Source of the DNA: the human T2T-CHM13v2.0 reference genome, Homo sapiens
NCBI RefSeq assembly: GCF_009914755.1
Contig: NC_060928.1
Length of the DNA: 64,000 nt
Direction: 5' to 3' (one strand)
The number at the start of each line of letters is the position of its first letter. Position 1 is the first letter of the stretch. The position numbers were made by a program, and so were the translations under genes. The notes under the pieces are model-generated. The model made no database searches, was not told the DNA's origin, and saw nothing but the letters and a program-made list of their open reading frames with translations. Positions 45,991 through 64,000 of this stretch are shown piece after piece.

Positions 45991-46590
45991 AGTAATTTCA
46001 TAGCCATCTCCTATTGCTATTGTGGTGAACTCAAGTGTTGCAAGTATTGCTTAAAACGCCATGTGAGCTAACCATCTCCAAGTAAGCAGTGTGTCTCTTC
46101 AGTAAATCGTGTATCACAGTGCAAAGCAATCTCTTATGGTCCTCCAAGTCTTTTTCATCGTGTTGAGTACAAATCCCAAACCTTGAGTAATACCATGGGA
46201 CCCATAAAAAGTGCCACTAGTGGTGCTGCAAGTGCTCCCAGGAAGCAAGGATGAGTCGTGACATTAAGAGGAAAGGTCAGATTGCCTGATTTGTACCATA
46301 GATTAAGGTTTGCTGCTGTGCCTGCCATTTCAGACAGATGATTCATCTTGTAAACAAATGCCACAAATTTACACTGTCTATGCAGTACAGTAGTGTAAAT
46401 GTATTTTTTCTTCCTTATGATATTTTCTTAGCACTTTCTTTTCTGTAAGAATACAGTATTTAACACAAATGACATACAAAATTGTATTGATTGACTATTT
46501 ATGTCATCAGTAAAGCTTCCAAGCAACAACAGGCTATAAGCAGTTAAGTTTGGAGGGAGTCAAAAGTTCTATGCAGATTTTCGATTGCCT
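45423..46590 (+). mobile_element. Tigger2 deletion derivative (Tigger2b_Pri-like)
   Basis: cccttgaactgcacgggtctgaactg...ttttcaataaa 5' end; accatgggacccata...agtgccactagt; ttaagtttggagggagtcaaaagtt near the 3' end. Confidence 0.85.
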
Positions 46591-47407
46591 GAATAATGGT
46601 TTATCTGAGTCCTCCCTGACTTCTCTAGGTGGGCAGCCAGATCAGCTCTCTTAACACCAGGTGTTTACAAAACGAAAAAGCCCCTTTTGAGAGGTTCTGT
46701 AGATAAAGAAGAATGAAGAAAGTGCCATGTACCTTCCATCCTCCAGGTGTTCTCCAATGGACCAAAGTTCAGCCAACAGACCCCATGTGGTTGTGCTTGT
46801 TGCTAAATTATAATATTAACATTGGTTTATACTGATTGGAAAATAGTCACTGCCCTGAGGCCTACCCCCATAAGCCAGTGCCTTCTGCTACCCAGAAGCC
46901 GTGACCCTTCCTCCAGCCCTGCACTGTCCAACAACTTGAAGGCTAAGGGTTGGCACAGCAAAGGTATTCTGCATCCTTGATCTTGAGCTATCATCAGCAT
47001 CCATTCTGATCAGCTGGTGTCCATGAGGCAGCACCAGTTGTTAACTCTGTTGGTTATCACCTCTGCATCTTCCATTCTTTATACTGAGTCCCCCAGCTAT
47101 GGTGATTGGTTTAAAGGAGCAAACCATAGGTTCAAATAAGGAATTAATGACAATCTAAATAAATGAGGGGGACAGCTCAGTCCTCAGCTATTGCTTCTAC
47201 AAATCCACCAAGAATTTCTTCATCAATATGGTTCCTGTTCCCTGCAGGTCCATCTCCATTCACTAAAGCAGTTCAGAAGTGGGTCTTTCTCTTCATTGCC
47301 TTATTTCTGCCTATGACCTACTCAGAAGCAAGTTCTTAATTATTATTAGCTCAACTGATTTATTTTGCACAGAAATACACAATTTACTGATGTATACAAA
47401 GTGTTAT

Positions 47408-48161
47408 TGAGAGACAGGACTAGCTGGATTTCCTAGGCCAACTAAGAATCCCTAAGCCTAGCTGGGAAGGTGACCGCATCCACCGTTAAACACCGGCTTG
47501 CAACTTAGCCCATACCCGACCAATCAGGTAGTAAAGAGAGCTCACTTAAATGCTAATTAGGCAAAAATGGGAGGTAAAGAAATAGTCAATCATCTATCGC
47601 CTGAGAGCACAGGGGGAGGACAATGATCAGGATATAAACCCAGGCATTCCAGCCAGCAACGGCTACCTGCTTTGGGTCCCCTCCCTTTGTATGGGAGCTG
47701 TGTTTTCACTCTGTTAAATCTTGCAACTGCACTCTCTTCTGATCCGTGTTTGTTATGGCTAGAGCTGAGCTTTCGCTCACCGTCCACCACTGCTGTTTGC
47801 CGCCGTAGCAGACCGCCGCTGAATTCCACCCCTCTGGATCCGGTAGGGTGCCCACTGTGCTCCTGATCCAGCGAGGCACCCATTGCTGCTCCAATCGGGC
47901 TAAAGGCTTGCCATTGTTCCTGCAGGGCTAAGTGCCCGGGTTCGTCCTAATCGAGCTGAACACTAGTCACTGGGTTCCACAGTTCTCTTCTGTGTCACAG
48001 CTTCTAATAGAGCTATAACACTCACCGCATGGCCCAAGATTCCATTCCTTGGAATCTGTGAGGCCAAAAACCCCAGGTCAGAGAATAAAAGTCTTGCCGC
48101 CATCTTGGAAGCAGCCCACCACCATCTTGGGAGCTCTGGGAGCAAGGACCCCGGGGTAACA
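47408..48161 (+). mobile_element. LTR17 (HERV-W) solo LTR, full length
   Basis: tgagagacaggactagctggatttcctagg...agcaaggaccccggggtaaca; perfect 4-bp TSD ttat; CCAAT 47520, octamer-like ATGCTAAT 47550, TATAAA 47633. Confidence 0.95.
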
Positions 48162-48292
48162 TTATCTCTGTGCTGTACCAAGATCCAGGCAGTAGGTCTT
48201 TTACTTCCCCTCCTTATAAGGGTAGATGATCATAGACCATGTACTTTGAGAAACTCCTTGGTCTCCTATCTCCATCTCTCATGGTAAAATAA

Positions 48293-48589
<297 letters not shown>

Positions 48590-48775
48590 ATCATATATTT
48601 TTTTTTAAGGTAAGACACCTCCACTGTAAGAGAAATGAATCAGCTCCAACAGAAGAAGGGGCAGTAGTATTCTAGGATGACAGGTATCATCTGTTGTAGG
48701 CAAAACTGCTGGATGAAGGCTCCAATAGGCTCTAATGGTCCCCAAACTCACAGGTGAATAAAAATGCTCACTTAC

Positions 48776-49532
<757 letters not shown>

Positions 49533-50089
49533 TATGTCAAGTTTTTGAAGCTTAAAGTATGAAAAGCATAATTCTGAGAACATTAATGAGCATATTTTAA
49601 TTACTACTTGTAATAATGTAAGATGACTTTTACCCTTCACAAAGGGACAGGACTAAACCTATTTAGCAGCATAAAAAAGCCTAAGATTTGGCATGTTTCG
49701 GGGACAGCCAACCAGCACTTGACTCCAGAACAGTTGGTATTCTCTGCTATTAGCAAGAAACCTCACTGTACTATATGTGTTCCTGGTAGTCATTGTCTTC
49801 TATACCTCCCCTTCTCCTGCACTAGCTCCCAGATATACATTCCTTAAGGGTAGAGGAGGCTGTCAAGAATCCCAGTTTTCAGTCCCAAAAAGAGACCCGG
49901 GGCCACTGGTAAGGCATTCTGCTTGAGCTTCAAAGATTAAGCTCCTCTCCTGCCCTTGTTGGGTCTAGGAATGGAACATGAAGGCCAACCACTTACACTG
50001 CAATGTATTTCTCACCACTCACTTTCCCATGCTTACTGTGTTTGGCCAATACCCAAGTAAATACAACCCAATCTGTGAACATAGTATAC

Positions 50090-52780
<2,691 letters not shown>

Positions 52781-54802
52781 ACGTGTAACAGTAAGACAAG
52801 CTTGGGGATACTGCCCATATAGAGCCACCTTAACTTTACTGGGAAATCCAGGTGATGTAAAGTTGGACTACAAATTTAGGCAAGGGCTGGTTTACTTACA
52901 GTTCAACTTTATCCTGAAGGTGTAGCCCTTTGGCACCTCAGCTTATTGTGGGGAGAATTTCCTATATGTGATTCCTCACACAGTATGGACCCAGGTCCCT
53001 GATTTCTGTTCCTTTCACCCAGCAAGGCCATTAAGGCAAACATTTGCGGATATAAAACTCTTAAAGGAAGAGGCATCAGCCATATTGCTAGAGCTATATA
53101 GATGTTGAAGTGCTTTTTATTCTTCTCTGCTATTTAAATACATTGCAAATTTTGTTTGGAAGCAGTTACAAAAATAGTAGACAATAGCAATGAATATGCT
53201 TGTATCATATTTCCCAACTACAACTACAAAATAATTTTTCAAGAAGAATATTATTACATGACCAGCATATGGTGAGCTCAGGATTCAAAACCAGACAGTC
53301 TGAGTCCAGAGGTATCTTAACTTGGCTGGATAAAAAGAGCTTAATCAAAGTAGGACCTCCCTCTTCTGATGATAGAACCTGACTAAATGTCTACATACCA
53401 TGTGCCCTTCTGAGAACACCTGTTAAGAAACCAAGATTCTGCATCTATCCTAACAATAAAGACCTCTTTAACTGAGTTCCCTTTAAAATTCAACAAGTCT
53501 GCTGAAACAATTCACAAATACTGTTTAGAAATCTTTCATATTGTCAGCAAATATTTGAACAAAATGATGATGCTGTATTTAATATTGCAAGAATGTGTCA
53601 CATAAATCAATATTCTTTCCTGATTCACAAAGCATATTTATATCCTATACAACATGTTGCATTTGAAAATGATTTCATTTTCTTTTCCAAATTGTAGTCC
53701 TTCTTCAAGAAACTACAGTAGATATGTACCTCATGAAGAACACAATATGTGTCCTCTTTCCAACTTTGTTTAAATAAACTGTTCATCAGTTCTTAGGCCT
53801 GCATATTCTTAGGTCTCTGTTAAGGAATTTGAAAATGTTCCAAGTTCTTAATTTAATCCTGAATTAAAACATCCTATCTTCAGCTTTCATCTTCTTGTGA
53901 TAATTATTGTGCTTATGATGCACAATAGTGGATGTATGTATAATGTTTAGACTATTAAATACATTTATTCTCCCATCCATGACTAAGCCATTTTTATAAC
54001 TTTTCAGTAATTTCGCCCTTTAGAATTTTATCTCCCTCCGCTCTTTTTTTTTTTTTTTTTTTGGGAACTTTGGTACTATTGGCTCTTGATCTTATGCTTA
54101 CAAGAGAATATTTAATGGGTTGGTGGCAGTTTTATTGTCTCTTAAACATTTAATAGGTTTTCTGCATAATTTCTTAATCTGTTCTTATTTTTTTTATGTT
54201 TTTGGTATAAAATTGAAAACTTGTGGTGTTGAATTTTATGACATTGGCACAATTCCTCCTCCATGGTTGTGGTATATACTTCTATTATACTCTTATGTCC
54301 AGGGAGTAAAATATGAATATAATAGTATCACATGGCCTTGATACATAAAGTTTATCTTCGGATCAGTATTACAGATTGAAAACTTTTTCTTTAGAAAACA
54401 AGATTGGAGATCTTGTAGATTATTTTTATTTTAATTGTTATTTATCGTAAATATACTGGCAAAATCTGGAAGTACATTTTATTACAATTTTTTAAGGTTC
54501 AACATCAGTTTGATCAACTTTGTTTTACTTGCCTATGTTCTGATGAAAATAGCACTGGGGTGGAAGTCAGGAAATTTAGATTCCAGTCATAACACTGCCA
54601 TTTAGATGCTCTGTGATCTTGGGCCTCAGTTTAGACTAGGTCAGAGGTTTCCAAATTTTTTAAGGCTAACATTCTATGTTTAAACAAAATTTTACAATGT
54701 GAAAATCAAAACAGGTCCTCTGAAAAATAGTGGAATATATTATTTTTATTAAGTTGCTCCACAGTTCTAGGACAGTACTATTCATTTGATGAAGCAAGTC
54801 AA

Positions 54803-55119
<317 letters not shown>

Positions 55120-57560
55120 TGAGAGACTGGAGAGATATTTTTCAACTGTTTGAAATGGCTATTTTTCTCTCATTGCTATTTAATTTACAAATACAGAAAT
55201 CATAAGTTGAGGAAGCAACTTATAGACAACTTTTGCAAGTAGAGTTATAAAAACGATCAGTATGTGGGCCACTGCCATCTCTATAGATATGTGTAGTAAC
55301 AGTTTAGTAAAAGTAAATTTTAAAGATGCAGTTTTCAAAAGTCCATACGTTAAACGAGAATAATCCTGAATGATAATACTGTCAGGGAACCATTAATCTG
55401 TTATTTAGACTTTGTACAAAGCGAACAAATGTAAATATTTTTATTTTCTTCTTAAATTCTATAAATGAGAAAGTTTATTACCATTTCTTCTTATGTCCTT
55501 TGGGAAATCCTCTGAAAGGACCTGATTGTGCATCTACAGTTGATTTTAGACAAGCCATTTCATGCATAATTCAAAACCCATTGTTAAGAGACAGAATGAC
55601 ATTTCCTCTGTGTTACAGATGAACTGAGTGTGAAGAACTACTTTATCTTTTGTGCACACTCTCTGGAGTCTAGTTGTGACCCACTCATGTCTCCAAGCTC
55701 TTCCCCTTTGATGACCTAGCTCCACCCTCCATCCTCCAGGGACCCATGCACCCACAGCCATTCCCAGCCTGTGGCCCTGGGGCTGCCCTCTCTCCTGCAA
55801 CAGCTCCCTCCATCCTATTCAGCTATTGCCTGGAAACCTCTTTATTCTTCTCTCCTGTTTTCAATTTCTTAGCAAAACTTGTAAGTTTTTGATGCCTGCC
55901 CCTTCACACTGAAATTTCAGGCCTGGTCTTGCTGTCTTCCTTGTTTTGGTGATGCTCCAGGGGCCCAAGCCTTGGCCTAACATTGCTGTCAGCCAGGCCT
56001 CCCCATCACCTTGCCCTTGACCTGACCCTAAAGAAACAGCCCATCCCTGCCCTAGCCCCTCCCTACCCAGGAAGGGAGTCCCTAACAATGTCCAATGTCT
56101 CACTAAGTCAGTGCCACTTAAAATTATGGCTTTCCTTTTTTGAATGAATTTTAAATGCAAGATTTGAGTTTATAAAATCTGTTTATAGTTATTTAGGCTT
56201 GGCGTCTTCTTTTCATAACAAAAAAGCCACCAGAAATCACTCCCAAAAATTATTTTCTTTTTTTTTCCCCTCACTGGCCTCTAAATTAGCTAAAATCTTA
56301 TAAAAGTCTTGTTTTTCCATGACCACTTTGTACAAATCCTCTTTGGAAGAACTTGACCAATGATCAGGTAACAGTTTCGAACCCTATTTTATGTATATAC
56401 TGAATTAATTAGTACTTAATTTAAAATTTTTATTCTTGATGCCTTAATGAATAATTCATGTACAATGGTAATACTGAAAAGATTTTTGATTCACATAGGT
56501 GGGCAAACATCTGACAATACTGAAGTCATTATTCCTTAATTTATTTTTTCATCGTTTGATGAAACATTTATAAGGCATTTACTCTTTATCTGATTCCTTA
56601 AGAGAAAAATTTACAATCTCCTGAACAAGTCAAAATAATAAAATCTCATACAAACATGTATTTTTCCCTCCCTACATGGTTATCATATATGCTTCTGTTT
56701 GTTTTCTTGCAGAAAGGACAAAATCCCTTTTAAAGATACTATTTTCACTAAATCGTGAAAAGTGTTTTATGGTATAATTTCACATAAAAGCTTTAGTTCT
56801 GACATTGTAAAATATAGTATTATACCTTAAATCCTAAACATTCTTGCTTGTGAGCTGAAAATTAAGAATCAGGATCCAGTCAAGCCCTTTCAATTGCTTT
56901 TGGAACAGGTGCTGGGGCAAAGCTGTGAAAACAGAAAACTGAGCGCCAAGAATTCCCATGGACTTCAAGAATGGAACAGACAAAACCAAAGGGTGGTCCA
57001 ACATTCACTGCCAAATGACATAGCTCAGTCTAATCACTGTATATTTTGAGAGCAAATGCACTGGAATAACAAAACGTTTTTCCTTTATTTTTACATTTTG
57101 AAAAATAGGAACGATGACAGTTGTGAGAGTTTTCTCTCTGGAACAGAGAAACTATGGAGAGGGCTCCGAAGCGGCAATTTTTCATAAGGAAAGAAAATGA
57201 AGGGCCCAGGTCTCTGCGGCTTTTTGTGCTGAGTCTCCCTGGACTCAGCTGCCTGAGGGTACAACAGGGCCTCTGGGAACTGTGGGAGGGAAGTCTCACT
57301 GGCTGCTACACAGGGCTGCTCCCCACGTCTGCCATCACACTGGGGGCAGTGCCCTTTTCTGATGCCAGGACCCTGTGGAACTGCTTTCCGGTGCTACTGG
57401 AGCCTTCTGGGTCTCACAGCTGGAGGGGCTCCCAATCTTGTTTTTCTCCTTTGAGGAGTCAGTTATCTCGGCGACTCTATTTCCTTTTCTGAATATACGA
57501 TCAATGGCAACAGAGCCAGCTACTTCACAGAGTCAAATAAAGCAATGTGTACAAATGTCC

Positions 57561-57683
57561 TTTTTTTTTTTTTTTAAGACAATGTCTTGCTCTGTCACTC
57601 AGGCTGGAACGCAGTCGACAATCGTAGTGCTCCCTGCAGCCTCGACCTCCCAGGCTCAAGCAATCCTCCTGCCTCAGGCTCCC
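57561..57683 (-). mobile_element. AluJ right-arm fragment
   Basis: T15-aagacaatgtcttgctctgtc...ggctcaagcaatcctcctgcctcag. Confidence 0.8.
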
Positions 57684-58204
57684 AAACAAATGTACTTTTA
57701 AAAGCGGAAATCAAGATGTGAAGGTAAGTATTTTAATTGGCTCTGTGAGCTGCCAGCTGATACAATTGGTTATGATTAGAAGTATGAAGGAGACTTAGAG
57801 AGAGATATCATGAACACAAGAAAGGTATTACTTAAGAATACAGATATGAGAGATAAGATCAAAATAAAATAAAAATAAGAGGAAATTAAAAGATGGCTAG
57901 CTCTGTCGGTCTATGTGCAGGTTGTTGGCTATGAAAGATAGAAACAAACTCTGAATGGCTATGCCAGGTGAAAGAAGTAAACAACACAGAGGGGCTGAAA
58001 AGATGGGAATTTACAAGTGTTGAAGTGGGGACACCAGGCATATTGTAAACTCCTAGCACAGGAACCATTTTTCTCTATTCACCTTGTACAGACAGGTAAT
58101 ACGAGCGCAAGACACTGACTCAGCTCAGTCTGTTATTTCCTCTTGATTGGAGTAAATTGAAGAGGAGAAACAGCCCAGAGATTTTATTTTTGGAATTCCA
58201 TGAC

Positions 58205-59742
<1,538 letters not shown>

Positions 59743-59955
59743 GAATTCTATGATTTCTTAATCAATACTTGAGCAGGGTAGTGATAACAATACCTATGTT
59801 AAGCAAAACAATATTTTTACTAAAAATAACAAATTTGTGGTTATTGATATTTAGGTTGAATTACTAAGGCTTTCTATAGCTAATTGCTCCCAACTAATGT
59901 CTAATTTACTAATACTGAATGCCTCCAACTACTTCAGCCTTATCAAATTCCATTA

Positions 59956-60313
<358 letters not shown>

Positions 60314-61279
60314 TTATATAGCTAGGTTAACTTGGTATAATGAGATATAAGCCACACAATTAGAAAACTGTTATGACAAAAAACTGTTATGACTGAAGGA
60401 TTCCTCATGGAATCAGATGATGCTTGTTTAAATCAATTAATCATTCAGAGCTGGTTGACATGATGTGAGAGGAGATATGTGTAAAATAGACATAAAAGGG
60501 ATGTGATCCCTTTAAGGAACCAGAGTTCCAAATACAGGAATTGTTTGCTATGTAGAAGCAGCTCTCCTTAAGCGTGGGGACAGCTTTACAAAATGATTTG
60601 CCACCATTTTGATAAAAGCAGAAAGTGCACAGAGGCTCAAGCTCTAACCTCTAAGTCAGGAACAGCCCTGGGGGAGAAAAATTAAAAGCCTAGAGTAACC
60701 AGAAGGTGTTAAGGAGGCAATAAAACCTTTTCCTCTACATGGCAGCCAGGAACTGGCTGAAGGAGAAGGTGCCAGGGGCCATGAAAAGGTCCAATAACTT
60801 GAACCTGTGGCATTATTTCAGATCACATAGTTGGTATGACTGATAAAATGCTGCATACAATGAAGAAAATATCCTCAATTTATAGGATCACGGGGAAAAT
60901 GAAATAAAATAAATATGTAACATACTTAGCAATGGCTGGTGTTCAGTAAACAGTGAATAATAAATAGTATTCATTTTCCAAACAAACATCCATTGAGTTT
61001 TTGTGGATTTCAACTTTTACACTTAACTATTTTGAGCCTTAATTTTTTACACTCATAAAAGCCATTGTACTAATGACTTCTAAAGTGTCTTTTAACTCTG
61101 AAATGCTATGACTATGCCATAGTGGAGAATTTAAAACAAAAAACTGCACACTAGATTTTATAAAGTCAACTGTCTTTATTCCTTTATTTATTAAGCACTG
61201 TAGCAGGCACCATGCTTATGGCTAAACATTTTAAAACTAAATAAAACCTGTTTCCTGAATTCATTGAGACTCACATTTT

Positions 61280-61742
61280 TTTTAATTATACTTAAGTTTT
61301 AGTGTACATGTGCACATTGTGCAGGTTAGTTACATATGTATACATGTGCCATGCTGGTGCGCTGCACCCACTAACTCGTCATCTAGCATTAGGTATATCT
61401 CCCGATGCTATCCCTCCCCCCTCCCACCACCCCACAACAGTCCCCAGAGTGTGATATTCCCCTTCCTGTGTCCATGTGATCTCATTGTTCAATTCCCACC
61501 TATAAGTGAGAATATGCGGTGTTTGGTTTTTTGTTCTTGCGATAGTTTACTGAGAATGATGATTTCCAATTTCATCCATGTCCCTACAAAGGACATGAAC
61601 TCATCATTTTTTATGGTTGCATAGTATTCCATGGTGTATATGTGCCACATTTTCTTAATCCAGTCTATCATTGTTGGACATTTGGGTTGGTTCCAAGTCT
61701 TTGCTATTGTGAATAATGCCGCAATAAACATACGTGTGCATG
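61280..61742 (-). mobile_element. L1PA2-type 3' end, 5'-truncated, inserted in an L2
   Basis: cccactaactcgtcatctagcattaggtatatctccc (GAG diagnostic, not the L1HS-Ta ACA); perfect 15-bp TSD tgagactcacatttt (61265-61279, 61743-61757). Confidence 0.92.
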
Positions 61743-62382
61743 TGAGACTCACATTTTGTTTTGACAGATGACCATGCAAATAAACTATTCATATGTGGTA
61801 TTGTAGAATAGTAGAAGAAAGCGTTAGTTCTCCCTGGGTGAATAAGGGCTGGTCTCAGAGAAGACAGTAGACCTGGTCCACAAAGAAGGAAGAAATTTGG
61901 CATGCAGAGAATAGTACATGCCCAGAAAGAGTGTTCATTTGAACAAAGGTATGGAAGTACAAAAGTGTATGGTGGTAGGGATCAGTATCATACTTTAGTG
62001 TGTAGAGAAGAAAGTGGTTGAACATGAGTCAAGTTATGTTGGGAAAAGACTAGAGCGCGGCCTCTATTAGGCAACAGGGAGCCTATATTGTTATTTTTAA
62101 GTAATGAAATCACATGATAGGTAAGCGTTTTACAAAGTATTTGTCAGCAGGGTAGAAAAAGAAATTAATGGGGAATGATTGGAAATGAAGAAAACTGTTT
62201 AAAAGACAATTTCAACAATTCAGGTAGGAAGCAGTGACTTCAATTAGGGCAGGATCCATAGGAATAGAAAGCGAGAAGGGATTCGACAAATATTTTTGTA
62301 AGATGGTAGCCTCTATGAGCCCCATATTTGAAATGTGGCTATCAAGATATTTATACTAACTTACTGAAAATGACTACAAATG

Positions 62383-62384
<2 letters not shown>

Positions 62385-62415
<31 letters not shown>
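62385..62415. repeat. (GT)15 microsatellite
   Basis: Perfect run. Confidence 0.97.
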
Positions 62416-62416
<1 letters not shown>

Positions 62417-63220
62417 ATGTTTAGGCATCAAAATGCTGAAAATATGGTAAGGAAATAAGCCAAAATGCATGTAAAAGGAATAATCAGAAAGGAAACAAAG
62501 CTGTGATGCTGAAACTAGCTTAATGTATCAAGGTCTGGAGGAGTGTGAAGGACAGGAAACAGAGCCCATCTATCATAACACTGGGCAGTCTAACAAGTAA
62601 ATTCCTAATATATTTTGGGACCTCAAAGGTTCCACCACATGTGTAAACCTGTAAGAGTGAACTGATAATAAACCTTTCTGCTCCTTCCACTCCTCCAACC
62701 TCAAGAGATTTCAAGAATTGAAAGGAAAGTTATCTTGCATTGGACAAAGCAGGGTATGGGGAAAAGAAATAAAAAAGCTATCCCTCAGAAATTGTACCCT
62801 CCAGCCTGTCCTGAAAGAGATCTTATAGGCAAAATTCACATCTTTTGGGAGGTCCCCCCACAAATTCAAGTCTTGAATTTAACCTAAAATATTCTAAGAC
62901 TGCCCTGTATAACATGGCAGAAGTAAACACGAATCCCCTCTGGAGAAACCCACTTACATCTCAGGCCTCAAATACTTTCCACATAGAATTTTTCAAAGGA
63001 AAACAGCAGTCAATGATAATCAAGTACACAAGGAAATAAGTTCCCATGAGCAAGAACCAGCAGAAACAATAGGCAACAAAACCAGACCTGTCTGTATTTC
63101 AAATGTTGATATAGACACTATTTTAATGTAAATAGAAGTATAAATATACATGTGTAAAGCAAATCATATTTAAAGAAAGAAAAGATAAGCTTAAAAATGC
63201 CTGCAGAGAGCAGAAAACCA

Positions 63221-63716
63221 TTTATTTATAGATTTAGGGAGCACAGTGTCATTTTGTTACATGGATAAAATGTCATGTTTGTTACATGCATAGTGGTGAA
63301 AGCTTGGCTTTTAGTTTAACTATCACCTGAATAGTATACATTATGCCTGTGAAGTAATTTCTCATCCCTTAACTCCCTGCCAACCCCCTGCCCTTCCAAG
63401 TCTCCAGTGGCTATTATTCCACTCTCTCTGTGTACACATTATTTAGCTCCCAGGTAATAAGTTTAATACCCAGTAGGTAGTTCTTCTGATCTTCTCCCTC
63501 CTTCCACCCTCCACCCTCAAGTAGGCTCCTGTGTCTGTTGTTCCCCTCCTAGTATCCATGTGTTCTTGTTGTTTAGCTTCCACTTACAAGTGAGAACATG
63601 CAGTATTTGGTTTTCTGTTCCTGTGTTAGTTTGGTTAGGATAATGGCCTCTAGCTCTATCCATTGCCATAAAGGACAGGATCTTGTTCTTTTTTATAGCT
63701 GCATAGTATTTCACAT
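63221..63716 (-). mobile_element. Composite L1 3' end (L1PB4/L1MA-like joined to old L1PA-like)
   Basis: Two different 3' UTR types joined at ccca 63449-63452; flanking agaaaacca repeats. Confidence 0.7.
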
Positions 63717-63729
63717 AGAAAACCAATTT

Positions 63730-64000
63730 CTTTTCTGTTTGTTGTTTGTTTTTTGAGACATAGTCTCACTTTGGCCTGATCTCGGCTTACTGCAACCTCT
63801 GTCTCCCAGGTTCAAGCAATTCTTGTGCCTCAGCCTCCCAAGTATCTGGGATTACAGGTGTGCACCACCATGCCCAGCTAGTGTGTGTGTGTGTGTGTAT
63901 GTGTGTGTGTATTTTTAGTAGAGATGGGGTTTTGGCATGTTGGCCAGGCTGGTCTCGAACTCCTGGCCTCAAGTGATCCACCCACCTTGGCCTCCCAAAG
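63730..64000 (-). mobile_element. AluS with (TG)n in the linker, cut by the window edge
   Basis: Alu arms flanking gtgtgtgt... Confidence 0.9.

Noticed and set aside
47590-48181. ORFs inside LTR17 as possible env/syncytin remnants
   Set aside because: Solo LTR bounded by its TSD; no internal proviral sequence.
60364-60393. aaaactgttatgac repeated twice; also ccggctat twice at 43313-43328
   Set aside because: Ordinary micro-tandem duplications.
61489-61779. ORF with the L1 ORF2 C-terminus (also 433-744)
   Set aside because: Tail of a 5'-truncated L1 with no promoter or proper start.

Overview
Primate (almost certainly human) genomic DNA; no prokaryotic features. Positions 1-23.4 kb hold the 3' end of PDLIM5 (ENH) on the + strand. 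Four coding exons (9650-9830, 12617-12737, 17595-17710, 19150-19239) splice in frame with GT-AG junctions and encode the three C-terminal LIM domains. A ~4.1 kb 3' UTR follows, containing two sense Alus and a MER2 and ending at a strong poly(A) site near 23385. The rest is repeat-rich sequence with no recognisable coding gene (about 35 Alus in the whole window, plus L1, L2, MIR, MaLR/ERVL LTRs, Tigger2, MER5A, a HERV-W LTR17 solo LTR and a young L1PA2). The most unusual observations are: (1) an 87-nt polyadenylated, TSD-flanked retrocopy of an ERV9/LTR12-type LTR R region inside an Alu; (2) three short direct duplications (83-220 bp, 0.75-1.3 kb apart), two of which are pasted into older transposons; (3) an LTR17 with an intact TATA box but a mutated poly(A) signal; (4) probable twin-primed and chimeric L1 insertions. 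Repeat family names come from recalled consensus similarity, not a database search, and most repeat boundaries are approximate.
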